Origin: the human T2T-CHM13v2.0 reference genome, Homo sapiens | NCBI RefSeq assembly: GCF_009914755.1 | Contig: NC_060936.1 | DNA length: 64,000 nucleotides | Direction: 5' to 3' (one strand) | In this document: positions 13,275 through 27,680 of the stretch, one piece after another | How the letters are laid out: every line of letters begins with the position of its first letter | How positions within the stretch are numbered: position 1 is the stretch's first letter | Notes under the pieces: model-generated | Seen by the model: only the letters and a program-made list of their open reading frames with translations | Told to the model about the DNA's origin: nothing | Databases searched by the model: none | Made by a program: the position numbers and the translations under genes

Positions 13275-16200
13275 ATGATAGGGTCAAATTCAAAGATAAC
13301 AATATTAACCTTAAATGTAAATAGGCTAAATGTCCCTATTAAAAGACACAGACTGGAAAATTGGATAAAGAGCCAAGACCCATCAGTGTGCTGTATTCAG
13401 GAGACACATCTCACATGCAGAGACACACATAGGCTCAAAATAAAGGGATGGAGGAAGATCTACCAAGCAAATGGAAAACAAAAAAAAGCACGGATTGCAA
13501 TCCTAGTCTCTGATAAAACAGATTTTAAACCAACAAGATCAAAAGAGACAAAGAAGGCCACTATATAATGGTAAACGGATCAATTCAACAAGAAGAGCTA
13601 ACTATCCTAAATATATAGGCACCCAATACAGGAGTAACCAGAATCATAAAGCAAGTCCTTAGAGACCGACAAAGAGACATAGACTCCCATACAATAATAA
13701 TGATAGACTTTAACACCCCACTGCCAATATTAGACAGATCAATAAGAGAGAAAGTTAACAAGGATATCCAGGACTTGAACTCAGCTCTGGACCAAGCGGA
13801 CATAATAGACATCTACAGAACTGCATACCCCAAATCTTCTCAGCACCACATCCCACTTATTCTAAAATTGACCACATAGTTAGAAGTAAAACACTCCTCA
13901 GCAAATGTAAAAGAGCAGAAATCATAACAAACCGTCTCTAAAACCACAGTGCAATCAAATTAGAACTCAGGATTAAGAAATTCACTCAAAACTGCTCAAC
14001 TACGTGGAAACTGAACAACCTGCTCCTGAGTGACTACTGGGTAAATAACAAAATGAAGGCAGAAATAAAGATGTTCTTTGAAACCAATGAGAACAAAGAC
14101 ACATTGTACCAGAATCTCTGGGATACATTTAAAGCAGCGTGTAGAGGGAAACTTATAGCACTAAATGCCCACAAGAGAAAGCAGGAAAGATCTAAAATTG
14201 ACACGCTAACATCACAATTAAAAGAACTAGAGAAACAAGAGCAAACAAATTCAAAAGCTAGCAGAAGACAAGAAATAATTAAGATCAGAGCAGAATTGAA
14301 GGAGATAGAGACACAAAAAATCCTTCACAAAATCAATGAATCCAGGAGCTGGTTTTTTGAAAAGATCAACAAAATTGATATACCACTAGCAAGACTAATA
14401 AAGAAGAAAAGAGAGAAGAATCAAACAGATGCAATAAAAAATGATAAAGGGGATATCACCACCAATCCCACAGAAATACAAACTACCATCAGAGAATACT
14501 ATAAACACCTCTACGCAAATGAAGTAGAAAATCTAGAAGAAATGGGTAAATTCCTGGACACATACACCTTCCCAAGACTAAACCAGGAAGAAGTTGAATC
14601 TCTGAATAGACCAATAACAGGTTCTGAAATTGAGGCAATAATAAATAGCCTACCAACTAAAAAAAGTCCAGGACAAGACAAATTCACAGCCGAGTTCTAC
14701 CAGAGGTACAAAGAGGAACTGGTACCATTCCTTCTGAAACTTTTCCAATCAATAGAAAAAGAGGGAATCCTCCCTAACTCATTTTATGAGGCCAGCATCA
14801 TCTTGATACCAAAGCCTGGCAGAGACACAACAACAAAAGAGAATTTTATGCCAATATCCCTGATGAACATTGATGTGAAAATCCTCAGTAAAATACTAGC
14901 AAACTGAATCCAGCAGCACATCAAGAAGCTTATCCACCACGATCAGATTGGCTTCATCCCTGGGAGGCCAGGTTGGTTCAACATACACAAATCAATAAAT
15001 GTAATCCATCACATAAACAGAACCAACAACAAAAAGGACATGATTATCTCAGTAGATGCAGAAAAGGCCTTTGACAAAATTCAACAGCCCTTCATGCTAA
15101 AAACTCTCAATAAACTAGGTATTGATGGAATGTATCTCAAAATAATAAGAGCTATTTATGACAAACCCACAGCCAATATCATACTGAACGGGCAAAAACT
15201 GGAAGCATTCCCTTTGAAAACCGGCGAAAGACAGGGATGCCCTCTCTCACCACTCCTATTCAAAATAGTGTTGGAAGTTCTGGCCAGAGCAATCAGGCAA
15301 GAGAATGACATAAATCAATTAGAAAAAGAGGAAGTCAAATTGTCTCTGTTTGCAGATGATATGATTGTATATTTAGAAAACCCAATCATTTTAGCCCAAA
15401 ATCTCCTTAAGCTGATAAGCAACTTCAGCAAAATCTCAGGATACAAAATCAATCTGCAAAAATCACAAGCATTCCTATACACCAATAATAGACAAACAGA
15501 AAGTCAAAACATGAGTGAACTCCCATTCACAATTACTACAAAGAGAATAAAATACCTAGGAATCCAATTTACAAGGGATGTGAAGGACCTCTTTAACCAG
15601 AACTACAAACCACTGCTCAATGAAATAAAAGAGGACACAAACAAATGGAAGAACATTCCATGCTCATGGATAAGAAGAATCAATATCGTGAAAATGGCCA
15701 CACCACCCAAGGTAATTTATAGATTCAATGCTATCCCCATCAAGTTGCCACTGACTTTCTTCACAGAATTGGAAAAACTACTTTACAATTCATATGGAAC
15801 CAAAAAAGAGCCTGTGGAGCCAAGACAATCCTAAGCAAAAAGAACAAACCAGGAGGCATCATGCTATCTGACTTCAAATTATTCTACAAGGCTACAGTAA
15901 ACAAAACAGCATGATTCTGGTACCAAAACAGATATATAGACCAATGGAACAGAACAGAGGCCTCAGATATAACAACACACATCTACAACCATCTGATCTT
16001 CAACAAACCTGACAAAAACAAGCAATGGGGAAAGGATTCCCTATTTAATAAATGGTGCTGGGAAAACTGGCTAGCCATATGTAGAAAGCTGAAACTGGAT
16101 CCCTTCCTCACACCATATACAAAAATTAACTCAAGATGGCTTAATGACTTTAATGTAAGACCTAACACCATAAAAATCCTAGAAGAAAACCTAGGCAATA

Positions 16201-17053
16201 CCATTCAGGACATAGGCATGGGCAAAGACTTCATGACTAAAACACCAAAAGCAATGGCAACAAAAGCCAGAATAGACAAATGGGATCTAATTAAACTAAA
16301 GAGATTCCACACAGCAAAAGAAAAGGCAACCTACAGAATGCGAGAAAATTTTTGCAATCTACCCATCTGACAAAGGGTTAATATCCAAAATCTACAAAGA
16401 ACTTAAACAAATTTACAAGAGAAAAACAAATAATCCCATCAAAAAGTGGGCAAAGGTTATGAACAGACACTTCTCAAAAGAAGACATCTATCTAGCCAAC
16501 AGACACATGAAAAAATGCTCATCCTCACTGGTCATCAGAGAAATGCAAATCAAAACCACAGTGAGATACCATCTCAAGCCAGTTAGAATGGCGATCATTA
16601 AAAAGTCAGGAAACAACAGATGCTGGAGAGGACGTGGAGAAATAGGAATGCTTTTACACTGTTTGTGGGAGCATAAATTAGTTCAACCATTGTGGAAGAC
16701 AGTGTGGCGATTCCTCAAGGATCTAGAACTAGAAATACCATTTGACCCAGCCATCCCATTACTGGGTATATACCTAAAGGATCATAAATCATGTTACTAT
16801 GAAGACACATGCACACGTATGTTTATTGTGGCACTATTCACAATAGCAAAGACTTGGAACCAACCCAAATGTCCACCAGTGATAGACTGGATTAAGAAAA
16901 TGTGGCACATATACACCATGGAATACTATGCAGCCATTAAAAGGATGAGCTCATGTCCTTTGCAGGGACATGGATGAAGCAGGAAACCATCATTCTCAGC
17001 AAACTGTCACAAGGACAGAAAACCAAACACCACATGTTCTCACTCATAAGTGA
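13275..17053 (+). pseudogene. L1 ORF2p (endonuclease / reverse transcriptase), disrupted
   Basis: EN start MIGSNSKITILTLNVN..CCIQETHL; RT motifs [10 protein letters not shown] and LFADDM; C-terminal CWRG..LLHC; broken into at least 4 ORFs by stops (e.g. TGA 14905-14907), frameshifts and small deletions. Confidence 0.92.
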
Positions 17054-17580
17054 ACAATGAGAACACATGGACACAGGGTGGGGAACATCACATGCAAGGG
17101 CCTCTTGCGGGGTGGGGAGCTGGGGGAGGGATAGCATTAGGAGAAATACCTAATGTAAATGACGAGTTGATGGGTGCAGCAAACCAACATGGCACATGTA
17201 TACCTATGTAACAAACCTGCACATTGTGCACATGTACCCTAGCACTTAAAGTATAATAATAAAAAAAAGACTTACAACCAACAGAGAGTTTGAAATATAT
17301 TTAAATTAAAAGTATTATTAAAAAATTCTAAAAAAAAAAAAGAAAAACTTCACTGGCATAGTAAAATAGCACATGGGAAAAAATCCTCTCAATTTGCTAA
17401 GTCAATATTCTTATAACTGATGTTGCTTATATGTCATTGTTGTTAGATCTGAGAGTGGAAGGAAATAATTTGTAGTTATTGTTATAATGAAAAAAATGCA
17501 ATTATCTAAAGATTCCTATCATTTTCTCACTACTCCTTAAGCACATTTATTCATTATAATGTAGAGGAAGGTTGCCTTAC

Positions 17581-17653
17581 TTGTGGTCTCACCATTCATC
17601 TCTTTAAGTTCGTTGTTGATTCCAACATCTATGGAACTCATTATTTTGTCAAT
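17581..17653 (-). CDS. ANKS1B: ANKS1B internal coding exon (73 nt; probably exon 14)
   Basis: Minus strand tttgtttcttacag|ATTGACAAAATAATGAGT...GAGACCACAA|gtaagg. Encodes IDKIMSSIDVGINNELKEMNGETT plus 1 nt, continuing in frame from ...SEWEE and matching the recalled ANKS1B sequence just before SAM1. Confidence 0.95.
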
Positions 17654-19513
<1,860 letters not shown>

Positions 19514-20103
19514 TTCTTCCCATTCCGATGTGAAGGATGGTGTTCTTTCAGAATTCCCTTTAGAACTGTGTTCAGCAGTGGAAGATTCACTCCAGTTAAC
19601 TCTTGATGTTTTCTCATTGCAAGGATAGGCAATGAGATCAGAATCAGATTTAGAGACACTTTTTGACAAATGCATGTCGATCAAGGCTTTAGGCAATGAC
19701 CTTATTCTCCCCAGAGTACAGGCTCTCTCCACAAATCCCCCTGCGTTCATAACCCACTGGTCCCCATTCCGAGATCCACTCCTGGTTGATCTTGTGCCAA
19801 CAATGGTATGGTTTTCGAGTTGGTTGCTTTTTTTGTGAAAAATTGTTCTACTGACCACTTTGGGTTTAATTTTCTTTACCAAAGGTTCTGAGTTATTTTC
19901 TATTGGAGACTGCTTGAAAGGCAAAGGACTGTTTGCCAAACTGACTTCATCTTGTCCTTTTTCACATTGTTCTCTTTTCCCATAGAGATGAAATGGATTT
20001 TCAGGGGACTCACAGGCTGGAGAGGATCCATGGAGCAGGCCTGCAAATTGCCCAGGATCATATTCTTTTGGGGGATCATTGTCATCCTGTCGGGAGAGGT
20101 CAT
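19514..20103 (-). CDS. ANKS1B: ANKS1B internal coding exon (590 nt; probably exon 13 of the long isoform), linker between ankyrin repeats and SAM1
   Basis: Minus strand: polypyrimidine tract ...cccttccttccttttgcag| acceptor and GAA|gtaagc donor. The open frame (D)DLSRQDDNDPPKEYDPGQFAGLLHGSSPACESPENPFHLYGK...SKSVSKSDSDLIAYP...TPSFTSEWEE is recognised as ANKS1B. It starts in phase 1 and ends in phase 0 (2+588 nt). Exon number is from memory. Confidence 0.95.
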
Positions 20104-22882
20104 CTGCAAAAGGAAGGAAGGGATATCAGGGTTTATAAAGGTTCTGAAAGCCACGATATAATAGCAGTGCCCTTATGAACATGTGGGCTATCCAAACATT
20201 TCATTTACTGCTACATAGCAATACCTTCACTTTATGAAATACCCCTGACCCCACAGTGCCATGTATAGAATGAATGTATGAGTGTGTGTGCGTGTGTATG
20301 CATGTGTGAATCATTCTTTCTGATATACCTTAGAGTTCATTTCAAAAGTATGAATTGTGTATTAATTGAATGACTTCATTCACTTCTCCCTTGAACCCAG
20401 GGTGTATGTTTTATAGCCAATGAACAAAATTGGGTTTTCTTAAAGTAGAACACACACATCTAAACTCTCACAGTAAATGAATCATCGTGAAGTAGAACAC
20501 TAGGCAGGTAAGTCAAGGTCATATATAATGACAACCCTCTGCCCTCCTCCCAGCAAATAAATTCAAAAACCAAATTTTGAAAAAAGGTATTATTAAAAGT
20601 AATTGAAGTTTAATAATCCTGATATTACCTTAAATATAAATTTAAAATAATTCTATGCAGATTACATAATTTAGACAAAAAAAATTTGTTCAGACTTAAC
20701 AAAGGCAAACAACGCAGTATCAGAAAAAGAGAGACTCCAATATAAGAAACTAATGTTTAGCTATGAACACAAAGGTAGCTTTTTCTTTCTTCTCTGAAAC
20801 GGCATTAGCTATTTTCTAATTTCTTCAGATCTTTGAAGATGTAATGCAGAAAAGAAACCAATGATGAATGATAATTTTTATTCCTTTGGATTTTTTTCTA
20901 AGATAAAACACACATTTTCTCTGAGATTTAAAATACACCATGCTTTTTGCGACTTAATTTGTCTTTCAAAGACATACTGTGTAAAAACCTGGCCAAAGAA
21001 TTTAGCAAAGAAAGGAAGTGTCCTTTTTTTCAGTGTTCATTTTAATTCATATCAATAGCTAAATATTGCCAAGATGAAAATTTAAATTACCTGATAAGCC
21101 CATAACTCACTGTTGCAAAGAACTAAAGTATAGTAAATGTGGTACATAATGACAACAAATCCAAAGTTGATGTGCTGATTCGTACTTTCAGTAAGTTAAT
21201 TATTACCATAAACCCCAAACACTAACATTTTTATAAATTAACAAGTAACATTTAATGGGTAAGTGTTATTTACTAGGCACTGAATGAGGAATTATATCAT
21301 CTCATTTGACACCCATAACAATCCTATGAAGTGATTATTAATAATAATTATGATTTTGTGATGGAACGAGATGGCCAAAATATCGAATTCTCACATTTTT
21401 AAGAAATTGGCAACCATAATAAATCTTATTAGACATTGGCTCAGAAGATGCTACAGGCACATCTGCTCTTTATAGTGAAGATTGGCCCCAGGTGTCTATA
21501 CTGCTCTCCGCCTGGGAACTGGTGAAAGCAGGTATATTCCTAGCTATGTATCTCTAGACTTCACCCTGGTTCCTGCTTGATTTTTCCAAAGAGAAGATGT
21601 TTGCCTGCCCAGCTATCATACCAGCATCCTGAGATTGAAGAAAGAAGAGTGACAGGAAGAGAGATCCAAGACACATGAATCTACAAATGCAACAATCTGC
21701 ATCCATCTACTACTATTATACTCACTGTCTTCTCACAAAAACAAAACAGAACGATAAAACCTCATCACTTTCTAAAATAGCCACACTGTCTTGATAACTC
21801 TCTATTTTATTTTCCTTTCACAACAGAGACCATTCTAGGGGTAGAATAGTGAGTGGATAGTGGGATAAGGCAGCTTTCAATTCTCTCCAAAGACTAGAGT
21901 TTATCACTGAGTATGTGCATTTTTAAGAAGTCAAAACTAACACTTAGACAACTTAAGACACAGACATTTCCCCACCTAGTAAGCAATTAAGCTGAGATTC
22001 AAATTAAGGTCTATCAGATTCTGACATCCATTGGCCTTGCAAATATATTGCTATTAAAGATAAGCTTTAAAAAAATCTAGGGTTGGTTTATCCATAGGAC
22101 AAGCAAGTAGGCTCTTTGTAAAGAGACATGCTTCTCCTGTTCATGACTGTATCTGGAATTTGGGAAAAGTGGACTAAAAGCATCAGAGCTTTTTCTTTGT
22201 TTTGTTTTGTTTTCTTCTTGGAGATAAGCTAATACTAAGAAGAAAATAAGACCTGGCATCTTGTTCCAATGCATTTTTTTTCTTAGGCTACTTGGATCTC
22301 ACAGAGTGCTTTACAACATAAGCAGGTTGGTATGGGTGACAATAATGGGGATTAAGGTGGTAGGAAGGAGGAATTCTGAAATAAGGAAGTTTTAGAATTT
22401 CATTTTGAAAGTTGCTGAAGAAGGATAAAAGGTCTGAATTTGAAAGGAAAATTGAAAAGAGCTTGCCTATTGTGGGAAAAAGATTCTGTAAATCTCAGCC
22501 AAGAGTTTCCGACGATGTTCATTATCTAGAAAAATGAGAATTTTAGGGGCGTAATATTATTTAAAGTTTTCTGCAAATATTATTATTAGGTTACCATCCC
22601 CTCTGTAGTTTGACTACAATGACTATAATTACCACCCCACAATGCTTTACACTGTCCAAGTCCTCCAATCACAAGCAGTCACTTCTCAAAGTAAAAGATA
22701 ATTTCATTGTTAGCTTATAAAGCTTAGTTTTTTGAATAGCAGTTCTTAGCATTGTGATGGTAACATTTCTGCCAAGAGTGGTGAAAAGACAAATATTACT
22801 TGCTTTTTCCAGTGGCCAAATCCTAAAGATTATTCAAGTCAAAGAAAAGGAGAAGTTGATATGAAGCCTCCTGGAAAGCCTG

Positions 22883-23949
22883 TGTGGTGGATTGATTGCA
22901 GTTATGGCCCCAGTCTGCTCACAGCTCCCTGCAGACACAGCCCTCCCCGTATCTAGTCCTCCCACGCTGACTCCCTCACAGCGTGGCCATGTGCCTTGTA
23001 CTGCTCAATCAGACTGCAGCAAATGTGATATAAGCAGAGACCTCTGAAAAGCATGTGTGCATTAGACTTGTTCCCTTGTTGCTCTTGGAACCCTGACACC
23101 ATGTGAACAAGCCAGGCTGGCCTGCTGGATGATGAGGTGACACATTACCCAGCTGTTTCAAAATGTAGGTTTTATTATATTTTTCAGGTATGTTGAAACC
23201 AACAGATCAGGAGACAATTGCCATTGAAAGATAGACGCTCTACTCATTGATCCGAGAGGCATGCCACATTATAGGGGCCACACAGGGAACTACCAGGGTC
23301 CATCAGGAGGAGGCTGACAAAGTGAGGGGAGATTGTGGGCAAGAGCCTTTACTATGGTTTCCATGAAAAGAAACACACAAAGCAGGTATAAGCAGGTTTA
23401 GGAATGGCTAGTTTGAATAGTTTCAGCAGACTCTGGGGCATAAGAACTGTACCTAGTTGTCTGGTCATTAGAGCAGGTGAATGAATAGTGGCCTAGAGAG
23501 TGAGAGCCAGATGAAGGAGGTAATTGGGACTATGGGCTCTACGATTGTTAGTTTGCATAAGAAAAGCATGCTCTCTGGTGAGCTGTTTACTATCTCTAGG
23601 AATTAGCTAGCCCCAGGAGGGGCAGTCCCTCCACAGCAAGAGCTCAAGAGACCAAAGCATAAAAATAAAAATACACAAATAAAATAGAAAATAAAAAGAC
23701 ATGGTTAATACATCCGCCAGTCCTGTCACCCCAACCAAAAGCCAGCCAACTTCCACCTATGTGAGTGAGGGCATCTAGGACCTACCAAATTCAGGCCATT
23801 CTGCCAATACCACCGATGCATCAGCAAGCACAGCTAAGAGGAGCTGAGGTTTTCCCAGGCCAGAAGAAGACACCCACCAGGATCATGAGCAATATTAATG
23901 GCCATTAAGTTTGGGAGGGTTTGATATATGAAAATAGATAATTCATTCA
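22883..23949 (+). mobile_element. MLT1 (F/G/H-type) MaLR LTR split by a second LTR
   Basis: 'tgtggtggattg', 'ggccatgtg', 'ccatgtgaacaagcc', 'atgtgagtgagg', 'taagtttggga...atagataa'. Confidence 0.65.
23154..23712 (-). mobile_element. ERVL-type solo LTR (MER74-like) nested in MLT1
   Basis: TG...CA ends; reverse complement begins tgtattaaccatg and contains gagggactgcccctcc...gctaattcctagagatagtaaac. Family name from memory. Confidence 0.65.
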
Positions 23950-24094
23950 ACCTATATCCCAAGTTTTAAAGAATTAATATATTCTTCAAAATAAATTCTG
24001 GCAATGTTTATATTTCCACATCTGGAAAATGATGATAGTAATAGAACATACCTAAAAGTGCTGTGAAGATTGAATGAAATCATAGAATAATAAA

Positions 24095-24440
24095 TGTGTT
24101 AGTCCATTTGGGCTGATATAACAAAATTTCATAAACCAGGTAGCTTACAAACAACAGATATTTATTTCTCACAGGCCTAGAGGCTGAGTAGTCCAAGATC
24201 AAGACACCTGCAGATTTGGTGTCAGGAGAGGGTTAATTTTCTGGTTCATAGAGGGCACCATCTTGCCTGGGTCCTCACATGGTGGAGGGAGCAAAGGAGC
24301 TCTCTGGAGTCTCTCTTATAAGGTCTCTGTCCTCATGACTTAATCACCTACCAAAAGGCCCACCTCCTATTACCATCACTTTGGGGGCTGGGATTTCAAC
24401 ATATGAATTTTGGTAGAACACAAATATTTGGACCATGGCA
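24095..24440 (-). mobile_element. MLT1A-type MaLR solo LTR, inserted in a MIR
   Basis: 'tgtgttagtccatttgggctg', 'tttatttctcacag', 'gtccaagatcaag', 'atttcaacatatgaattttgg...accatggca'. Confidence 0.8.
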
Positions 24441-25114
24441 AGAAGTAAAACAGTTAGAACAATATATGCTGCATAGAACACTAAGAATATGTTTCTACTA
24501 TTATAACAATAATTTTTAATCTATAGGGTTTCATTTTTATAAAGAAATACAGTAATAACTGTATTAGACACTCAATAAAGATTATTTTGACATAATAATC
24601 ATGTGGGATTTACTCCTTTGTTTCTGTTTGTATATTTTAAAAAGTATACTTTGGAAAGAATTTTTTGTGTTTTCTTACCCTTTCTTCAGACAAAACGGAG
24701 GAAAATATACAGATTAAACTGTTGTCATAACTTGTCTCATTTAATTTTACACTTCTCTTTTGATAAGTGGATATTTCATGCCAAGGTGCAGAACTAAATA
24801 TGTGTGAATTCCAATCTGATAGTTATTCAAGGCATCATTAGCATTTCAAAGAAATGTCAGAGTAAATGTCCAATAGGAAGCAGTTCAATCTCTTTTTATC
24901 CACCTTTGCTATGATTTTTATCACCTATATATCACCTGATTAACAATAAAATCCAAAATTTCATGCTATGGAAAAATTATAGAAAACAAGTTACTTTTTT
25001 CTATTATAGAGTATAACTTTTGTCTATTGGGTCATTGCATCTGATTTAGAAAATAAAAATTTTTCCTATTTTTAAGGATACCGGGGCTGATGTTGATATT
25101 AGTAGAAACTGTGA

Positions 25115-25620
25115 ATTTATTTCACAAATATGTATAAAACGTTTCCTGTATATCAGGTGGCAAAGTTTCAGCAGTGTCAAAGGCAATGTCCTGCCTTCAT
25201 GGTGCCTACATTCCAGCAGAAAAGATGACTACAGGCAAATCAAGAAATGCTATAATTTCTGATGATGGTATGTGCTGTGAAAAAAATAAAGCAAAGTAAT
25301 GAGATAGAAATGAAAGGAAGATGCTATAAGGCAATTAGGAAATGTCTTTCTCAGGAGCTGACATTGAGCAGACATAGAAATGACTGTGAAAGTGTAAATC
25401 ATTCAATGTTTTGGGGGAGGATTATTTCAAGGCATAGGAAAGAAGATATGAAAAGTCCCTAAGGCTGGTAAGAACAGTAAGAAGGCCAGTGTGGCTATAA
25501 TAGAGTGGTAGGGGATTAGTAGAATGGCTGACGATTGAATCAGAGATGCAGGTAGGAATAGGGTTGGGGTGATATGACTTATACTTTTAGAAGATAATTG
25601 GTATTTCTGAACATGACAAC
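25115..25620 (-). mobile_element. L2 LINE 3' fragment
   Basis: 'cctgccttcatggtgcctacattccag', 'aagaaggccagtgtggct' L2 antisense motifs. Confidence 0.6.
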
Positions 25621-26189
25621 AGCATAGTGTTCTTTTTAAATTATTCACCTCAATTCTCATAAAAACAAGACACGGGGATAGTAAAAGAATAAAATGAGCA
25701 CATGATAGCAAAATAAAGGAAAAACACTACAGGTGATATCTCCAGTAAAGCTAAGTATTAAGAAGTCCCCATGGCCCCGAAACACAGAGGGGTGTAGCCA
25801 AATCACATGACAGCAGTAGGATCCGGAACTGAATCAGCAGTGGTGCAGCTATAGTGGTGAAGAGAAAGGGAAATTCAATGGCACCTACAAGCCATGGAAC
25901 CCAGAAATTGCCATCAGATACTGATTTCCCAAAGGAGAGGGTCTTGTGCTAAGCAGGAGTGTGCAGTAAAATTTGAGAACAACTAGCAGAACTTGTACAC
26001 ATCTTGTAACAAGACCACAGGAAGTAGCTTACTCCCTTGAGAATATCAGAAATCTCCAATAAATGCATACTTGTAGTAGGCTACAGATCCACTCTGAAGA
26101 AAAACTTCTGGGAGAAGAATACAAATTGCACAGGGTGAAAACACCAAAGATGTGAGGGAGAAAAACATTTCATATAATGGGGCAGTAGG

Positions 26190-26486
26190 GGCCAGGTGCA
26201 GTGGCTCACACCTGTAACCCCAACAGCTTGGGAGGCCAAGGCGAGAGGATCACTTAAGCCCAGGAGTTTGAGACCAGCCTGGGCAACATAGCAAGACCTC
26301 ATCTGTACAAAAAGTGTTTAAAAGAAATTTAAGCATGATAATGAGTGCCTGTGAGTTCCAGCTACTCAGGAGACTGAGATGGGAGGATTGCTTGAGCCCA
26401 GGAGTTCAAGTCTGTGGTGAGCTTTGATCATGCCACTGCACTTAGTCTGGGCAACAGAGTGAGACCTTCTCTAGAAAAAAAAAAAA
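26190..26486 (+). mobile_element. AluJ
   Basis: Dimeric Alu with J-type 'gaggatcacttaagcccagg'; A tail; TSD ggcagt(a/g)gg. Confidence 0.9.
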
Positions 26487-26849
26487 GGCAGTGGGGGTGG
26501 CATCAGGCAGATGTCCAGTAGAGGGAGACTTTGAATGTAATAGAATAGCAAAGCACAGTGTTCAGATGTGAGAGCACCACTTTGGAAGGCAGGCGCATGG
26601 AACTCAAGAACACTGAGGTAGTAGCAGGAAGCCTTCCTGAATCAAGCAGAGAAAAACCTGTATTTCTTAATACTTCATCGTAACTGCAAAGGAGAAGGCC
26701 CTTGAGATGTGAAGGGCTCATGGCTACTGTGGCTCATCCCTGCTCCCATACAGGAATCTCTTCCTAATCCATGACATCCCTTCTCATTAAACGTGGGAAA
26801 CAAAAAAGGATTTAGATAGAGGGCAATTTTAGGAATAAAATAAATAATG

Positions 26850-27510
26850 ACAGTAATGGATTATAACCCACTGAATAAAACAGAAAGACACGAGCCCATA
26901 AATAAACAAATGATTTAAAAGTTTGACTAGGAATGGGAATCCTAAATAATTTCAAATTGCCTCCCCACAAAATACTTATTAATTAGAAAGAGGAAAAAGA
27001 GACACGCTACAGTGAAGAAATCTGGGAGGCCCTATCTTAATCAAATGATCAAAGTGAACAATATCAGTAATGGAACAAATCAAAATCATATCCAGTGTGG
27101 TAAAGATGCAATGAGAAAAATGCAGAATCACTTTTGGATTTTCCTGCCAAAGATGTACAACCTAAATCTAATTATATAGGAATATCAGAAATATCAGAGA
27201 AATCCAATTTGTGGGCCATTCTACAAAATAATTGGCCTGTAATCTTCAGAAGTGTCAAGGTCATGAAAGTCAAAGAAAGTCAAATGAACCCTTCCAGGCT
27301 GAAGAAAACTAAGGAGACATTACAACTAAATGCAACGTGTGATCCTGAACTAGATCCTTTGATCATAAACAATATTATTGGGTAAACCAGCACATCTTGA
27401 AGGAGGTCTGAGGAATAGATGCTAGTGATGTATTAACTTTCTGATTTGGTTGCACGGTGGTTCTGTGGTTGTGTAAGAATGTACTTGCCTGTAGAACATA
27501 TACACTAAAT
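26850..27510 (+). mobile_element. L1MC-type 3' region
   Basis: 'ccccacaaaatacttattaatta', 'tgatcaaagtgaaca', 'gtgtcaaggtcatgaaag', 'caactaaatgcaacgtgtgatcctg'. Confidence 0.65.
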
Positions 27511-27680
27511 TAGTAGTTATCAAAGTGTAGTCCAGGGATGCTTGGGGTCTCCAAGATTATTTCAGAAGTTTCATGAAGTCAAAACAATTTTCAGACTAAC
27601 ACTAAGACATTATTTGCCCATTTCACTTTCATTATCTCATGAGTGTACAGTAGAGTTGTTCAGAGGCTACATGATGTGTC
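27511..27680. mobile_element. Charlie1-like hAT transposon end fragment
   Basis: 'caaagtgtagtccaggga', 'gaagtcaaaac...aacactaagacattatttgcc', 'cagaggctacatga'. Confidence 0.55.

Larger units (their letters stand above)
11167..17340 (+). mobile_element. Full-length (about 6.2 kb) inactive LINE-1, L1PA6-like, antisense to ANKS1B, with 3' transduction
   Basis: 5'UTR start 'ccaaggtggctgaataggaagagctc', ORF1, ORF2, G-rich 3'UTR, A tails; perfect 16-bp TSD AGAAAAACTTCACTGG at 11151-11166 and 17341-17356. Subfamily from recalled 5'UTR diagnostics. Confidence 0.95.

Noticed and set aside
12193-17053. Retrotransposition-competent L1
   Set aside because: Both ORFs contain multiple stops, frameshifts and small deletions.
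20041-20048. Internal TTTGCAG as an in-frame alternative acceptor (-63 nt)
   Set aside because: No polypyrimidine tract upstream; no support from sequence alone.
19900-20154. 84-aa minus-strand ORF, with an ATG right at the exon start
   Set aside because: Alternative frame of the same exon, terminates inside it; no promoter evidence.
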